Notes under the pieces: model-generated | Databases searched by the model: none | Seen by the model: the letters and a program-made list of their open reading frames with translations, nothing else | Told to the model about the DNA's origin: nothing | Part shown: positions 60,642 to 64,000 of the stretch, one piece after another | How the letters are laid out: each line of letters opens with the position of its first letter | How positions within the stretch are numbered: the stretch's first letter is position 1 | Source of the DNA: Auanema rhodensis | Lineage: Eukaryota > Animalia > Nematoda | Length of the DNA: 64,000 bases | Assembly: GCA_964057225.1 (NCBI GenBank) | Contig: OZ059898.1 | Coordinates: 15,500,001-15,564,000 of the forward strand | Reading direction: 5' to 3' | Position numbers and translations under genes: made by a program

Positions 60642-61455
60642 CTACATTGACCACGTCCATGATTCATATGAACTCAAATTCTCTTCTTGATATCTATTTC
60701 GGTAATGTTTCTGAAAATGAAATGAAAATGATTTTCATAGAACTCATCATATCATTACTTTCTTGAGTAACTCAGTCCAGTTAGTTGTCAATTTTGGACG
60801 TATTTGAAGCTTTCTTACAACTCGAACTTTCTGAAACAGCCCATCCAGTTGGACTTTGAAATTAATTTTATCTGAAAAATACCAAACATCTTCGTCGAAA
60901 ATCGGAATTTTGCAAATATCGTTGGTATAAATATTCTCCTAAAAATATTTTTTTTAGTTTTAAATGTGAATATTCATATTATTACTTCGTAAATCTCTTC
61001 TATTCTTTCTTCGACCAACATCTGATGTATCTGATCCTGTTAATGCTAATGATGGAATATCAAAAAATGTATCAGAAGAGCCTAATGATGAAGCATCTGT
61101 TCCACTGCTATCATCAGTACTATGTGAATCCTCTTCAGAATCATTTTCAAGACGAGATTCCACTATATGATCCTTCTTATGATCTTCATGACCATCACCG
61201 CTACAGCAGCTTGTAATCTTACGTGTTGCTGCTGCTCTTACAGCAAGTTTGTCTCCTGAGTTAGCATTTTTGTTTGGAGCAACATCATGTCGTCTGAAAA
61301 CATAATTTTTCCATTTAAAATAATAATTCAACATCAAATTCTGAATTAAGAACAGTGTTTAACTGAATATTTGAATGAGTTGAACCATTTTGACCAGTTA
61401 TAACCCGACGAACATAGTGAAGAGCGCTAGACAAGCTATGAACAACCGATGACAT
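60642..61455 (-). CDS. Unknown protein of about 195 aa with an acidic/Ser-rich middle and a basic C-terminal part
   Basis: Five exons join in frame via GT-AG introns of about 50-70 nt: MSSVVHSLSSALHYVRRVITG...RHDVAPNK...ENDSEEDSHSTDDSSGTDASSLGSSDTFFDIPSL...RRKNRRDLRREYLYQRYLQNSDFRRRCL|KVRVVRKLQIRPKLTTNWTELLKK|KHYRNRYQEENLSSYESWTWSM*. No domain recognised; the true 5' end is uncertain. Confidence 0.65.
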
Positions 61456-61812
61456 CAGTTGGAATATACTAAATGAAATTCATTTATTTTCGTTTTAAGA
61501 GCTCATTTTTCACATAAAAAATATAAAAATTGTTTTGATTTTCAAATAATTTCTTCTTCTAACCTATAATAATTATTTTCTTAATTATGCTATATATGTA
61601 TATTGGAATAGTTTATCCATATGTTCAAAAGTCATTGTCCCTATATGGAAGTGCTGTAAAATCGATTCGCTTTCTGCTATTCTTCAAGTTGCCGACCATA
61701 TAATTGCCTTGGGACCTACCCCTATCCACCTGTCAGACGGAAAGGTTCTTGACCAGCCTTATAGCCTATGAATACCTTTTTCTAATTGAATGTTCGCTGT
61801 CTGCACTTGTTT

Positions 61813-61829
61813 CCCCCCCCCCCCCCCCC
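61813..61829. repeat. C17/G17 homopolymer (G4-capable)
   Basis: Directly visible between the unknown gene and the clc gene. Confidence 0.9.
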
Positions 61830-61923
61830 TAAAACGGCACTGTCGCCTATTTTTCAAAATAATTTATGCCCTTATGGGTTAAAAAATAATTTAATTTTCA
61901 ATGAATAAACTCTTTTTCTCTCT

Positions 61924-61995
<72 letters not shown>

Positions 61996-62297
61996 TTCTC
62001 TCTACCTTTCTTTCGATTTCAGGTTAAATACTTTCAAGAAACATCTTGACTACTAATGAAAAGAAACTTTTATCTGCAAAATCTTTTGTCTAATCCATTT
62101 TCTCTTGTCCTTTTACCTTCACAACAAACAGTTCATCTGCTAATAAACAAGAGGAAGGTGAAAGGCTTTCGAGCGTTAGATTGAGGTCATTCCGTTTCAT
62201 TATGCCTTTCTTATAAGGAACATAGCATTTCTTCAACAAATGTCTTTCTTGGCTACAGGCCATGGTCAAACCAGTTACCCTTTCCATAATCTCTCTC

Positions 62298-62372
<75 letters not shown>

Positions 62373-63290
62373 TTTAACATTTTTCGTTCCTTTTTCGTTC
62401 TCACTTATACACATACATACATATTTCCACTTTTTGTTTTTTATTGCAAAACGAGGAACAGAATCACGTGCAAAGCCTGTGTTCTCTAACTACTTTTGCT
62501 AATTTCTCAAATGCTTTCTCTTTCGTAGACAACAGTTTTCCTTCACAATTCATGTTCAAAATATAAAAAAATATCACAATCACCTCATATTCCTTCTTTA
62601 TATTATTAATTCTAAAGAATTATATAAGGCACAAGATTTGCCAACAATGAACTATAAACTAATACTACTAAATCCAATATTCTATAGGCACTTATCTACA
62701 ATATGAATATATTATATATTATATTATATATACTATATACTATATATATGATTTTATTTATAAAATTATAATAATCTTAATAGATTATTACTCAACTTTA
62801 AAATTAAAGCCATATAACTACTTATACACATACAAATACTTTCATTTCGACAACAGTTTCTATTTAAGTTTCACCCATTAAAATCAAATAACATAATTCA
62901 ACTTTCAAATATTATTATTTGTTTATTTAATAAATTTATAATTGAACTTGTTCCAATTTTTTTATTATTCAATAGATGTTTTTTTTGTATTTTTCTTTTG
63001 ATATTATTTGCTTATATTTGAATTCAAACATTCAATGTCCTAGAAATAGTTTTTTCACAATTTTCAAGTATTTCAACATCTTCTTTATCTTATTCATCTA
63101 ACTCTTGTATTCTCATAACTCACGAGCATACTTGTGTATATGTATATGTGAAAGGAATATGATGTCACATCTTCAACTATCTGTGTATGTAGTATGTCCA
63201 TATATCGTCGTGAAGTACATGAAATTCTCAATAACGTTATCCATTTCATTTTCTATGCTAACTATGCAACTTATTTGTTTTAGATAAGCC

Positions 63291-64000
63291 ATGACATCGG
63301 CACGATTGTATCTTCAAATTCCATCATTTGTTCTAGGAGTTATAGGATTTATACTCATTTTCGTATCTCTTGGTACTCCTTCTTGGCAAGTTGTTTATGC
63401 GCGTGAGTTACAACAATGGATTCAAAGTGGTTTATGGCTTAGTTGTATCAGAAGGTAATTGCATTGAGTTAAGCTATGTTCACAATATCTGATGGTGTTC
63501 AGGCCAGCAGGAATGTATACTTGCACATATCAATTCTCGGAAACAGATTACAGCTTCTATACCTCAGCAGATAACATCAACTTTAGAACTCCAGCATTCT
63601 TTAGATGGCAGCGAACACTGTTGCATCTCATTCTCGTAGCACAGTTATTAGCTTTGCTTGCATTTATCACATTTTGTATATCAAATACTCAAAAAGTTCA
63701 ATTAAAATCCAATATTGTATATAATGTACTTATGACATTGTCAGGTAAAGTCAAGTTTTAAGCTTTTCTAACTAATATTTCATTTCTATAGCTGTTCTTG
63801 GTATTGGATGTATTTTGACTTTTGCTGTATTCTCACATATGGTTGAATATAGATTTTACTATGTGTCAGTCAGTGGAATATATGAGGTTTGTTCATTAAT
63901 CATAAGGTATTTTTTAAAATTTTTAATTACAGAAGCATAAAGGATATTCGTTTTACGTTTGTTTAATTGGATGTCTCTTCCTCTTAGCTTCAGCCATAGC
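63291..64000 (+). CDS. clc-2: Claudin-like (Clc family) tetraspan protein, 3'-truncated
   Basis: MTSARLYLQIPSFVLGVIGFILIFVSLGTPSWQVVYARELQQWIQSGLWLSCIRRPAGMYTCTY... shows the W-GLW-C-C claudin signature. Further TM helices and MVEYRFYYVSVSGIYEKHKGYSFY follow. The family is secure; clc-2 versus clc-5 is from memory. Confidence 0.8.

Noticed and set aside
62090-62287. 65-aa ORF as the first exon of the 60642-61455 gene
   Set aside because: Its donor phase (0) is incompatible with the downstream acceptors (phase 2).

Overview
Eukaryotic, AT-rich genomic DNA from a nematode, probably a clade V rhabditid. Evidence: many GT-AG introns of about 45-55 nt, TTTTCAG-type acceptors just before start codons (SL trans-splicing style), and genes closely resembling C. 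elegans ones. Most entries in the ORF track are spurious or single exons, so I spliced the gene models by hand. Nine protein-coding loci: (1) 3' end of an ABCC/MRP transporter (+); (2) an unknown 213-aa single-pass membrane protein (-); (3) a secreted protein with two degenerate vWA domains, furin sites and a Tyr/Cys/Pro-rich core (-); (4) soluble guanylyl cyclase gcy-36 (+); (5) a putatively myristoylated, Pro-rich protein with two tandem IRG/p47-like GTPase domains lacking a canonical G3 (+); (6) LPGAT1-like acyltransferase acl-12 (+); (7) an eh1-bearing 3xC2H2 zinc-finger factor, probably mnm-2 (-); (8) a small unknown charged protein (-); (9) the 5' part of a claudin-like clc gene (+). Long non-coding stretches (4-14.7 kb, 29.3-44.5 kb, 52-60.5 kb) are rich in (CT/GA)n microsatellites. 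The best unexplained signals are the tandem IRG-like protein, dispersed clusters of a TTCACGT(G/A)AA motif with roughly helical spacing, the furin-processed double-vWA precursor, and a candidate 148-nt structured RNA upstream of the zinc-finger gene. I saw no tRNA, rRNA, CRISPR array or intact transposon. Orthology calls are from memory, not from database searches.
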